Under the pieces are notes generated by a model. The model made no database searches. It was not told the origin of the DNA and was given only the letters and a program-made list of their open reading frames with translations. The position numbers and the translations under genes were made by a program. A stretch of DNA of 32,000 nucleotides from Candidatus Methylomirabilis limnetica (GTDB taxonomy: Bacteria > Methylomirabilota > Methylomirabilia > Methylomirabilales > Methylomirabilaceae), in contig NZ_NVQC01000009.1 of the NCBI RefSeq assembly GCF_003044035.1, forward strand, positions 60,001 through 92,000. The letters are read 5' to 3'. Below, piece after piece: positions 1 through 7,882 of this stretch; positions within the stretch are counted from its first letter, which is position 1, and each line of letters begins with the position of its first letter.

Positions 1-39
1 CGGTCCTGAGAGAGCTATGAAAAAGGAGGGAAGGAAGAA

Positions 40-243
40 GTGAGGGTAAAAGGTAAGATCAAGTGGTTTAATGACAGCAAGGGGTACGGCTTTATTGAGC
101 GACCGGATGGCGATGACGTTTTTGTACATTTTTCCGCTATCCAGGGCTCCGGCTTCAAGACGCTGGCTGAGGGTCAGGAGGTCGAGTTTGAGGTTGTCGA
201 TGGGCCAAAGGGGAAACAGGCCGCGAACGTCGTCGGGCTTTAA
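40..243 (+). CDS. cspA: Cold-shock protein, CspA family (symbol is family-level only)
   Basis: 67-aa ORF with a GTG start at 40 and AGGAGG at 24-29. Cold-shock-domain motifs KGYGFI (RNP1) and VFVHFS (RNP2) are present. A strong hairpin terminator follows. Confidence 0.95.
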   Translation: MRVKGKIKWFNDSKGYGFIERPDGDDVFVHFSAIQGSGFKTLAEGQEVEFEVVDGPKGKQAANVVGL

Positions 244-264
244 CTCCGATCCTCTGTAACGAAC

Positions 265-302
265 AAAAAGCCCCCGCGAGGAAACTCGCGGGGGCTTTTT
301 TT
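265..302. terminator. Bidirectional intrinsic terminator between convergent genes
   Basis: AAAAA-GCCCCCGCGAG-GAAA-CTCGCGGGGGC-TTTTTTT. Perfect 11-bp GC-rich stem (270-280/285-295) with a 4-nt loop. T7 follows on the + strand and A5 precedes, so it reads as a T-run on the - strand. Confidence 0.85.
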
Positions 303-333
303 AACTGAAGGCTGATCGCTGAAAACGGAAAGC

Positions 334-1302
334 TCAGTTCTCTGCCTGGTTGATGGCCGAGAGGATCCAAGGGTTCGGACCGACCGGGCGCGTGACGGTC
401 CAGAACTCCTCAAACTTCACTGGATTGGTCCGGTTTCCTTCCACAACCTGGGAGGTTCCTTCGTCTACTGTGTAATCGAGGAGGTTCGCCAGGAATCGCA
501 CAGTGACATAGTCCTGCCCTTTTTCCTGCCACGCTTCGGTTAGTTCGATAGAGCGGACAGCGATGTTCTCCAGGCGGTTGATCCTACGTGCCGTCTTGAG
601 CTGCTCCACGTCCTCAGCAAGCTGGGAATACATCTGGGGCGTGAGGATCGCGCGGACTGATTCAAGATCACGATTCCCCCAAGCCGCCTGGACCCTGAAA
701 AAGAGATCGGTGCATGCCTCTCGAAAGCGCCCCTCCTCAAACCCGGAGTCCATCTGGCGGACATACGCCAAACCTTGATCCAGATCGGTTTCCTGGACCA
801 TTGTTGCCTGCGAAGTCGCCACCTGGTAGCGTTCTGACTCTCGTTCAACCAGGGCCACGCGCTGATATGGCCCCCCGACAGGCGCCGGCTGCCTCCTCTG
901 CTTCACCACCCAATAGATCGCAAAGCCGATCCCGCCCAGGATCACCATGTCCATCAAGCCGAACCCGCCGCCACCCATCCCGCCAAGGCCGGCGAAGCCC
1001 AGGCTCCGGAATAACATTCCGCCTAGAAGCCCGCCAAGCATACCTCCCGCCATGCTCCGCATGAACCCACCTCCGAACATGCCGGACGCCGGGGATGCGA
1101 GCGGAGACCGCGGCTCGGTCCGTGACTGAGCAGGGCTGGATGGCCTGGAATAGCTACGACTCGGGCTGGAAAAGCTGCGCGACCCGCGACTCCCAAAGCC
1201 GCCTCCGCCGCCCGCCCGCGCCCACGCATCGGGCACTGCGGCCGGCAGCGTGAAAACCACTGCAAGAACGATCAACGCCAAGCACTGTCCGTACTTCCGC
1301 AT
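334..1302 (-). CDS. Tim44-like domain membrane/secreted protein (COG4395-type)
   Basis: 322-aa ORF with GGAGGAGG just upstream of the ATG at 1302. It has an N-terminal signal peptide, a Gly/Ser-rich low-complexity stretch and one TM helix (ILGGIGFAIYWVV). The C-terminal ~150 aa resemble the Tim44-like domain by eye. Confidence 0.75.
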   Translation of the reverse strand: MRKYGQCLALIVLAVVFTLPAAVPDAWARAGGGGGFGSRGSRSFSSPSRSYSRPSSPAQSRTEPRSPLASPASGMFGGGFMRSMAGGMLGGLLGGMLFRSLGFAGLGGMGGGGFGLMDMVILGGIGFAIYWVVKQRRQPAPVGGPYQRVALVERESERYQVATSQATMVQETDLDQGLAYVRQMDSGFEEGRFREACTDLFFRVQAAWGNRDLESVRAILTPQMYSQLAEDVEQLKTARRINRLENIAVRSIELTEAWQEKGQDYVTVRFLANLLDYTVDEGTSQVVEGNRTNPVKFEEFWTVTRPVGPNPWILSAINQAEN

Positions 1303-1427
1303 CCTTACCTCCTCCTATCGCTGGCACCAACCCCAGCGGGCTGACAAAAAGACTACTAATAGCCAATCCACCGATAGAAGTATAAGCAATCCTCCCGGGC
1401 AACGCAAGTGAAATTCAGTCTCATCGT

Positions 1428-1609
1428 AACCATTCAGTGAGAGGGGGGAAATCATTAAATAAAATGCAGTATGTTTTTATAAAATCCCCCTTAATCCCCC
1501 TTTTCCAAAGGGGGAAACGGGTAGTCCCCCTCTTTGGAAAAGAGGGGCAAGAGCCTGCCCCGGCATGTAATAAGCCGGGGGGAGATTTTCTACCCGTAAC
1601 TGAATGGTT
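1428..1609. mobile_element. MITE-like non-coding element
   Basis: Perfect 11-bp terminal inverted repeats AACCATTCAGT (1428-1438) and ACTGAATGGTT (1599-1609). Near-adjacent 7-bp direct repeats CTCATCG lie at 1420-1426 and 1613-1619. Three internal hairpins occur at 1496-1514, 1527-1547 and 1558-1580. No credible coding capacity. Confidence 0.4.
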
Positions 1610-1718
1610 GCCCTCATCGCTTCTGACGGAGCAGATCAGTAATGAGCCGATAGAGTTTCCGGTTCTTTGGGCAGATACGCATTGACGATATTCCAGAGGT
1701 AACTGCAAGGTGTTTAGA

Positions 1719-1839
1719 CTGAAGGCTGAAGACTGGAGGTTCTAAATTATCTCGCAAGGCACGAATCGAGCCATTCAAGACCTTTTCGGAGTTTTGTATA
1801 ATCACGCATGACTTGCCCCTAAAAGCCTTCAGCCTTCAG
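1719..1839. repeat. 13-bp perfect inverted repeat pair
   Basis: CTGAAGGCTGAAG at 1719-1731 and its reverse complement CTTCAGCCTTCAG at 1827-1839, separated by 95 nt. A partial copy CTGAAGGCTGA lies at 305-315. Confidence 0.6.
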
Positions 1840-2010
1840 CCTATCTACCTTGTACCTCCAGAGATCAGCATCAGGAGACGCGGGCTATGCGTGGCGGAAG
1901 AGACGAAGGATCTTCAGGCGGACCGTTCCCCTCACGACCCAAGGCCTCCGCCAGTACGAGGCTTTCCGCGTGAGGGATAAAGGGGGCAGGAGTTTGATCT
2001 GCGCCAAGGG

Positions 2011-2640
2011 TTACTTGCGTGGCGACTCGCCTTCCATAGGGGTCAGAGTTCGATCCCTCGGGCCAGGCGATCCAACACTTTGGCTAGAAGCGGGCGGAAA
2101 CCCCCGACGACGCTGCCGGAGGTCCTGCATGACGCTGCGCATCTCGGTCTCAAATCGGTCTTCGAACAGGGCAAGGCGGGCTTGTTGCTCCAGGCTCAAG
2201 ATCGACCGCAGGCCTCCTCTGATGACTTGCTCGTGTCCCCTGAAGTCGGTTTCAGCGCGATCCAACAGATCGAGTCTCGCCTTGATCTCCTCATCTCGCA
2301 ATGGCCGTTGCTTCAAAAGCTCTGCCAGCTCCTCCCGGAGCAAGCGCTGCCGCCTCTGAAATTCGCGGCGTGAAGCCTCCAATTGTGCCAGCTTCGGAAA
2401 GAGCTTAACAGCTTGATCTTCGTCCAGATTGAGCGCCTCGGTCATCTTCCAAATCTTGATTGTCTCTATCAAGCGCTTCCCTTCCGGTACGCCAGGTGAC
2501 TTTGGGGCAGCAGGTGCGAGCGACTGGGCCATGACTTCAGAGAAAGGACTAAGCAGCCAGAGCAGCCCCACGGCGGCTACCGTAACAGACCAAGAGAGGA
2601 CCGAGCATCGCCCCTGTAATGGTTTCATGACTCTGACCAT
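2011..2640 (-). CDS. Periplasmic Spy/CpxP-family (LTXXQ-type) protein
   Basis: 209-aa ORF with a signal peptide ending VMAQS and a helical, Arg/Glu-rich body with an LSLEQQARL (LTXXQ-like) motif. It is the last gene of the ECF sigma/anti-sigma operon. An alternative ATG at 2628 overlaps the anti-sigma stop (ATGA). Confidence 0.65.
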   Translation of the reverse strand: MVRVMKPLQGRCSVLSWSVTVAAVGLLWLLSPFSEVMAQSLAPAAPKSPGVPEGKRLIETIKIWKMTEALNLDEDQAVKLFPKLAQLEASRREFQRRQRLLREELAELLKQRPLRDEEIKARLDLLDRAETDFRGHEQVIRGGLRSILSLEQQARLALFEDRFETEMRSVMQDLRQRRRGFPPASSQSVGSPGPRDRTLTPMEGESPRK

Positions 2641-3335
2641 CCAAGATGACTCAGGTGATCTAGCACGGCCTGCCGCTCCTTCTCGTCGAGCGTGGCGAGC
2701 GATTCCAATGGGTCGGCTTCTGGGCGTAGGACCCAGGCCGTTTCGAGCCGATCCGCAATCTCATTCACCCAGCGGAGCCGCTGAATCGCTTCTACCAGGA
2801 TAGAAGGCTCCTCAACCAGCTCTCCAGCCACTACGAACGGCTCGCCAGGGTGTTGATTCCCGTTATCGGGACGTGGTGCCATAGCCACATTGTAACCCCC
2901 GCCATTCTGGCCCCCGACCTTTTCCGTAGCAATAGGTGCCATCTGGCGATCTGCCCTTATGGGCAAGAAGCCTGGCATCCGGACGACGATGAACATTGAA
3001 ACGGCCGCCACCGCCAAGCCGGCGATGAGGCGGGGCCGGAAAGCAAACCACGACCCTACGCCAGCCAACCAGGCGGCGGTGGGTGTTGGCCTGTGCCTAC
3101 AGGCCTCCTGCTCGATTCGATGCTTCAGCGAAGGCAGGAACTCTTCCCAAAAGCCCGGCGACGGTTCAGGAACCGGGTCAGCCCGGACAAGAGCTAAGAG
3201 ATTGTGATACGCGGAGCGCTCAGCGGCGCACGTCGCACAGTCACGAAGATGCGCGAGAACCTCAGCCCTCTGCGCTGGCGGTAGATCCTCCTCGATCAAC
3301 TCGATCAGCTTGCACTCAACTTCCTCACATCGCAT
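2625..3335 (-). CDS. Anti-sigma factor, zf-HC2 type, single-pass membrane
   Basis: 236-aa ORF. The N-terminus carries the H-x3-C-x2-C motif (HLRDCATCAAE). A central TM helix (LIAGLAVAAVSMFIVV) is present. It lies immediately downstream of the ECF sigma gene. Confidence 0.8.
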   Translation of the reverse strand: MRCEEVECKLIELIEEDLPPAQRAEVLAHLRDCATCAAERSAYHNLLALVRADPVPEPSPGFWEEFLPSLKHRIEQEACRHRPTPTAAWLAGVGSWFAFRPRLIAGLAVAAVSMFIVVRMPGFLPIRADRQMAPIATEKVGGQNGGGYNVAMAPRPDNGNQHPGEPFVVAGELVEEPSILVEAIQRLRWVNEIADRLETAWVLRPEADPLESLATLDEKERQAVLDHLSHLGWSES

Positions 3336-3358
3336 GGCGACGTTGATCCTTTCCCCCC

Positions 3359-3910
3359 TCAGGCGCCTTCGCGCCAGTGCGCCAGCTTACGCCGTAGCGC
3401 TTGCACTGCATGAAAATAGTGGACCTTGGCCGTCGCCTCGGAGACCTTCAGGATTTCGGCGATCTCCCGGTGCGCGAGGTGATGATGGACGCGCAACGTC
3501 AGGCTCGCCCGCTGTTGCGTGGGAAGGGTCCCGATAGCACGGGCGAGCGCATCCGCTCGCTCCTTTTCCTCCAGCTGCGCGAGCGACCCTTCCGATGAAT
3601 CGGCCGGATCAGGAAGCTGGTCAACCGTGGCATAGAGGGAACGTGAGCCTCGGGTCAGATGGTTGAGGCAGAGGTTCACGACGATCCGGTACAACCACGT
3701 CGAGAGGCTGGAGCGACGATCAAACCGGCTTAAGTTCCGATACACCTGTAAGAAGGCCTCCTGCGACACGTCCCGCGCATCCTCTGCATTCCTGGTCATC
3801 CGGTAGGCCAGATTATACACCTCCCGCTGGCGCCTCTGGACCAGTTCATCGAACGCTGTCCCATCGCCCTGCAAGAACCGATCGATCAGTTCAAAATCCG
3901 CCTCGCGCAA
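3359..3910 (-). CDS. ECF (group 4) RNA polymerase sigma-70 factor
   Basis: 183-aa ORF with region 2 (DVSQEAFLQVYRNL, STWLYRIVVN) and a region 4 HTH (HREIAEILKVSEATAKVHYFHA). TTG at 3910 is the only start after the in-frame upstream TGA. Confidence 0.9.
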   Translation of the reverse strand: MREADFELIDRFLQGDGTAFDELVQRRQREVYNLAYRMTRNAEDARDVSQEAFLQVYRNLSRFDRRSSLSTWLYRIVVNLCLNHLTRGSRSLYATVDQLPDPADSSEGSLAQLEEKERADALARAIGTLPTQQRASLTLRVHHHLAHREIAEILKVSEATAKVHYFHAVQALRRKLAHWREGA

Positions 3911-3962
3911 GGCCTTCGTCTCTCACCGAGAGCCATCCCCCGTCCGACCGGCCCAGCCCAGC

Positions 3963-3990
3963 AACGGTGTTCTTGCAGGGCACGTTACCC
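3963..3990 (-). promoter_or_regulatory. Candidate ECF-type promoter (GTAAC-N17-CGTT)
   Basis: The minus strand reads GGGTAAC, then a 17-nt spacer, then CGTT, about 50 nt upstream of the sigma-factor start. The match to the generic ECF AAC/CGT pattern is weak and by eye only. Confidence 0.2.
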
Positions 3991-4034
3991 GATTCATTCC
4001 GTTGAGGGTTGATACCCCGCAGCTAGCCGCGAGT

Positions 4035-4102
4035 CCGTCATACCGGCGGAAGCCGGTATCCAGAGGGCCCGACTGGATTCCGTGTCAAGCACGGAATGAC
4101 GG
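4035..4102. repeat. Double-hairpin palindromic intergenic element
   Basis: Bounded by CCGTCAT (4035-4041) and ATGACGG (4096-4102). Hairpin TACCGGC/GCCGGTA at 4041-4058 and hairpin ATTCCGTG/CACGGAAT at 4077-4097. Conceptual translation is VIPAEAGIQRARLDS. Flanked by 17-bp direct repeats at 4014-4030 and 4121-4137 (16/17). Confidence 0.55.
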
Positions 4103-4192
4103 GCCAGCGCAGAAGCAGACACCCCGCAGCTTGCCGCAGGCTAGCTCATCTCCTTAGAACAGTTCAGCCGCCTGAATGTTTAATGCTCGGCC

Positions 4193-4288
4193 TTACTTCT
4201 TTCGGCGCTGGTGCCTGGTTCGCTTCAGAAGTTTCTTATGTTTGTGCTTACTCATCTTTTGCCGACGCTTCTTAACAACACTTCCCAC
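4193..4288 (-). CDS. 31-aa highly basic protein resembling ribosomal protein bS22 (AURKAIP1/COX24-type)
   Basis: Not in the supplied track (shorter than 60 aa). GTG at 4288 lies 7 nt after GGAGG (4300-4296) and the stop is TAA at 4195-4193. My own translation is (M)GSVVKKRRQKMSKHKHKKLLKRTRHQRRKK. This matches the remembered bS22 pattern MGSVIKKRRKRM-KKKHRKLL-RTR-QRR. Confidence 0.65.
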   Translation of the reverse strand: MGSVVKKRRQKMSKHKHKKLLKRTRHQRRKK

Positions 4289-4309
4289 TCACATCCCTCC
4301 TTTCTGTCC

Positions 4310-5752
4310 TTACGTCCGCTCAGTCAATCCGCTCTCCAGAGTTGCGGGAGCGGTCTTCGTGTCCCGTCTGATATGAAATTTCTCTAGACGATACTGGAGT
4401 GTCCGGTAGCTCAAGCCCAGGAGGCGCGCCGCCTTGGTGATCACCCAATCAGACTTCTCCATGGCCTGTAGGATCAAGTCACGCTCCAGCGCCTCCAAGT
4501 GAATTCCCTGCTCGGGAATCTCGATCGCGAACTTGCTGCCAGAGGAACTCGATGGGGCAAGCTGGACCGGGAGGTTAAAGAACCGAATCTCAATGGGAAG
4601 ATCGTAATGCTTGATCTCAGGTCCTTCGGATAGTAGGCTTGCCCGCTCGATCACCGCCTCCAGTTGCCGGACATTACCGGGCCAGTGGTAATTCATAAGG
4701 ATCCGCATCGCCTCGTTACTGATCCCCTGGATGGGCTTCCCCGCGCCCGCACCATGCTTTTTGATGAAATACTCGACGAGTTGAGGGATGTCGGTGCTTC
4801 GCTCGCGGAGGGGTGGGATCACAATGGAGACAACGTTTAGCCGATAGAACAGGTCCTCCCGGAGGAGCCCGTCTTTGACCGCCTCGACAGGATCCCGATT
4901 GGTCGCAGCGATGACGCGAACGTCAACGTCGATCTCGTTTTTCCCCCCCAGTCTTCTGAACGTCTCTCCCTGCAGGACACGCAGGAATTTGGCCTGAGTC
5001 GGCAGTTGCATCTCGGCGACCTCATCGAGGAAAATAGTCCCGCCATGCGCGAGCTCAAAACAGCCGGCCCTCCGCTCCGCTGCCCCTGTAAACGCGCCTC
5101 GTTCATGGCCGAAGATCTCACTCTCCAACAAACTCTCAGAGATGGCCGCGCAATTCACAGCAATAAAGGGGCGATCTTGGCGCTGGCTTTGTCGATGGAT
5201 GATCCGAGCGATCAGCTCCTTCCCGGTCCCGCTCTCCCCGATAAGGAGTACCGTAGAGTGGCTGTTCGAGATCTTGCCGACCTTTTCGAAGACCTCCTGT
5301 ATTCGGAAGTGGCTGCCCACGATCCCTTCGATGCGAAAACGCTCCTCCAACTGCTGTCGCAAGAGCCTGTTCTCCAGGCTCAACTGGATCCGCTCGAAGG
5401 CCCGCCGCACGGTAAGCAGCAGTTCCTCTCGCTCCAGCGGTTTCGTCAGGTAGTCGAAAGCGCCCCGCTTCAGCGCCTGCTCAACCGAATCGAGCGAGCC
5501 ATAGGCGGTCATCAGGATGACCAGGGTGGGTGGGTTGTCCCGGGGCAACCGCTCCACAAGAGCCAAGCCATCGGTTCCTGGCATTCGAAGATCGGTCAGA
5601 ACCAGGTCATACGGCTTCTCCTGGCAGCGCCTGACGGCCTCCGCTCCTCCTGACGCTGTCTCGACCGAGTAGCCTTCAGCCGACAGGATGGCCCGAAGAA
5701 TCTCCCGCTGGGATCCCTCGTCATCCACCACCAAGATCCTGCCCTTGTGCAT
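4310..5752 (-). CDS. Sigma-54-dependent response regulator (NtrC family)
   Basis: 480 aa. Receiver domain (VVDDE, LVLTDLRMPG), AAA+ domain with Walker A GESGTGKE and GAFTGA, and a C-terminal Fis-type HTH (ITKAARLLGLSYRTLQYRL). The start overlaps the kinase stop (TGATG at 5750-5754). Confidence 0.95.
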   Translation of the reverse strand: MHKGRILVVDDEGSQREILRAILSAEGYSVETASGGAEAVRRCQEKPYDLVLTDLRMPGTDGLALVERLPRDNPPTLVILMTAYGSLDSVEQALKRGAFDYLTKPLEREELLLTVRRAFERIQLSLENRLLRQQLEERFRIEGIVGSHFRIQEVFEKVGKISNSHSTVLLIGESGTGKELIARIIHRQSQRQDRPFIAVNCAAISESLLESEIFGHERGAFTGAAERRAGCFELAHGGTIFLDEVAEMQLPTQAKFLRVLQGETFRRLGGKNEIDVDVRVIAATNRDPVEAVKDGLLREDLFYRLNVVSIVIPPLRERSTDIPQLVEYFIKKHGAGAGKPIQGISNEAMRILMNYHWPGNVRQLEAVIERASLLSEGPEIKHYDLPIEIRFFNLPVQLAPSSSSGSKFAIEIPEQGIHLEALERDLILQAMEKSDWVITKAARLLGLSYRTLQYRLEKFHIRRDTKTAPATLESGLTERT

Positions 5753-7230
5753 CAGCCCTGTTCCTCCACTGGCAGCCTGATGCGCACAGTGGTTCCCTGG
5801 TCGCGAACGCTGGTCAACGCGATCACCCCGCCGTGCTCCTCTACAATCTTCTTCGTCAGGGCCAATCCCAGCCCGATCCCGACCTCCTTTGTAGTAAAGT
5901 ACGGCTCAAAGACCTTCTGCAAGTCTTCGGAGGCGATTCCGGACCCAGTGTCCTGGAAGCGGACCTCGACCCATCGTTCGCTCCCGGCGGGTGGCGTTGA
6001 GGTTGCTGGGTCGGTCCCGTTCACCAAAGCAGTGGTGATCGACAGCCTCCCCCCAGAGGGCATGGCCTGGAAGGCGTTCACCAGAACATTCACAAAGCAG
6101 GTCTTGATCTGCTCACCGTCTACCAATACCCGCGGCAGGTCAACCGAGGAGTCGCGTTCGATCTCAATCCCCTGTTCTTCGGCTTTGCCGCTGGCCATGC
6201 TCACAACATCGTGGAGCAGCGGGGCCAGGTCACACGGGCGCGGCTCAAGCTTGAGCGGCTTGCCATAGTTCAGGAAGTTGGTAATCATGGTGTTCAGCCG
6301 GTGGATCTCGCTTTTCATCCACGAGACCAGGTGGGTGAACTCCTCCCGCGAGCGGGGATCGGTGGGCGAAAACCGACTCCGCAGATGATCGATGCTCAGG
6401 TTGATGAAGTTCAACGGATTGCGGATCTCATGCGCGATGCCAGAGGCCAACTGGCCGATGCTGGAGAGGCGCTCGGCCTGGTGCAGGCGGTCTTCTAGCT
6501 CCTTGTTTGCCCGCAACTTGGCCACCATGTCGTTGAAGCTCGTGGTCAGCTCACCAATCTCATCGTTACGCTCCACCGGCAAGCTCTCCCGCAAATCACC
6601 CTGCGCGACCCGACGCGCCGCCTGGACCACCTGGTCGATCGGCCTGGTGTACTTCCAGGACAAAATAAGGGAGGCCACAATCCCGAGGCCGAAGACCAAC
6701 ACGGTAACAACCAGCCGTTTGACGAAGTTGAGTCGCGAGATCTGGGCAAAATCATCCAGCACCATGCTGATCAGGGCGTAGCCCATCCGCTGATTACCCA
6801 CCACGATCGGCACAATCAGGTTGTAGCTCTTTTGACCTTTCTCGGTCGCGAGCGTCTCCCCCAGTCTGGCGGTGATGAACAGGTCCCGCTGCCTGGGGTC
6901 GATGGCCGCGCCCACTCGCTTCGGATTGCTGCTGGCGATGACCTCTTCCTCATTGCTGACGATGGAGATCTCATTGACCCCTTTTCGTTGTAGGCGGCTG
7001 ACATAGTCCTGGAGGCGTGCCTCGTCGGTCCGCTCCTTGGAGGTGAGGCGCTCCACGCTGATCTGAATGGCGGTGGACAGATCCATCGTGTGCTTCTCCA
7101 CCTGGTCGATCAGCGCTCGCTCCGCATACCAATACAGCACGAACAGCGAGGCCAGCGTGAGCAATAGGAGGGAGAACATCATGAGGAGCAGCTTCGCCCT
7201 CAGCCCAAGATTGTCGAACAACCCCTTCAC
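5752..7230 (-). CDS. Sensor histidine kinase (TM-sensor-TM-HAMP-HisKA-HATPase_c)
   Basis: 492 aa with two TM segments flanking a ~150-aa extracytoplasmic region. HAMP is present, with H-box SGIAHEIRNPLN, G1 DTGSGI and G2 GIGLGLA. Confidence 0.9.
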   Translation of the reverse strand: MKGLFDNLGLRAKLLLMMFSLLLLTLASLFVLYWYAERALIDQVEKHTMDLSTAIQISVERLTSKERTDEARLQDYVSRLQRKGVNEISIVSNEEEVIASSNPKRVGAAIDPRQRDLFITARLGETLATEKGQKSYNLIVPIVVGNQRMGYALISMVLDDFAQISRLNFVKRLVVTVLVFGLGIVASLILSWKYTRPIDQVVQAARRVAQGDLRESLPVERNDEIGELTTSFNDMVAKLRANKELEDRLHQAERLSSIGQLASGIAHEIRNPLNFINLSIDHLRSRFSPTDPRSREEFTHLVSWMKSEIHRLNTMITNFLNYGKPLKLEPRPCDLAPLLHDVVSMASGKAEEQGIEIERDSSVDLPRVLVDGEQIKTCFVNVLVNAFQAMPSGGRLSITTALVNGTDPATSTPPAGSERWVEVRFQDTGSGIASEDLQKVFEPYFTTKEVGIGLGLALTKKIVEEHGGVIALTSVRDQGTTVRIRLPVEEQG

Positions 7231-7441
7231 CCTCAGACCCTCCCTAGACCCGGCACAGCGTAGCCGGGCGCTACAATGCAGCAGTGTAGCTTATCGGAAA
7301 TGCTGGGTCTTGTAAAGCTGATAGGGGTTCAGCACACAATCCTCTCCTAGTAGCCTGGACGAGGGAGGGGTCTTATGGGTGAGAACGAAACGGGATCGCT
7401 CGACAGGACCCGAGAGGGATGGGGGGTTCGTGCCGCGAACT

Positions 7442-7756
7442 TTACAAATCATTCCCCGCGTATGACAAGTTGAAACTCTTATTGACGAGCGGAAAATCGG
7501 GCACGATGTTTTTCAGAATGGCGTAATGAAGTGCCGGCCAGTTGGCGAATGACGGATCTTTGATCTTCACACGTGCAAGCCGATTCTGCTCACCGGCGAC
7601 AAGCCAATGCCAGATCGGGCCTCGCCATCCCTCAACCAGACCGAACCCACTCGTGCCCACCGGTAGCGCCGGGAGCGGCGTCGAGATCTTGCCCTCAGGG
7701 AGCCTGTCCAATGCGCGTAGGATCAGATTGGCGGCCTCGCGGGCCTCCTCTACCCG
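7442..7756 (-). pseudogene. C-terminal remnant of a NuoD/[NiFe]-hydrogenase group-4 large-subunit-family gene
   Basis: The open frame encodes RVEEAREAANLILRALDRLPEG...GLVEGWRGPIWHW...RVKIKDPSFANWPALHYAILKNIVPDFPLVNKSFNLSYAGNDL. This aligns by eye to the last ~100 aa of HycE/NuoD-type subunits. In-frame stops lie at 7757-7759, 7763-7765 and 7796-7798. No N-terminal 250+ aa is present. Confidence 0.65.
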
Positions 7757-7882
7757 TTACCATCAGTCGCGCCCAGAGAGGTCTGTAGAAACGCCCTACG
7801 CGAGGAGTCAAGCGGTAGCGCAGATGCCGCGTTCTGCTTGACCACCTTGGCACGGATCAATTTGGCGCAGTAGCCGGTGAGG

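Noticed and set aside
1614-1805. 63-aa ORF. A short stretch (SEKVLNGSIRALRDN) faintly resembles the C-terminal end of four-helix-bundle (23S rRNA IVS-type) proteins.
   Set aside because: The similarity covers only ~15 residues, the rest is unrecognisable, and the ORF terminates in the repeat flank. This is too weak to call even as a pseudogene.
1850-2359. 169-aa plus-strand ORF. Other small ORFs lie at 2080-2373, 2429-2803, 28814-29038 and 27408-27833.
   Set aside because: They are antisense to or overlap supported genes, or lie in non-coding DNA. They are Arg/Ser/Pro-rich with no motifs.
4289-4294. ATG-TGA start-stop mini-ORF immediately upstream of the bS22-like GTG.
   Set aside because: The ATG is only 1 nt from the GGAGG, which is too close for initiation, whereas the GTG has ideal 7-nt spacing. 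It is probably incidental.
7848-7866. TGGCAC sequence that might be a sigma-54 -24 element. This matters because two NtrC-type regulators are in the window.
   Set aside because: No GC at the correct -12 spacing (TGGCACGGATCAATTTGGC), and it lies inside decayed coding sequence with no downstream gene.
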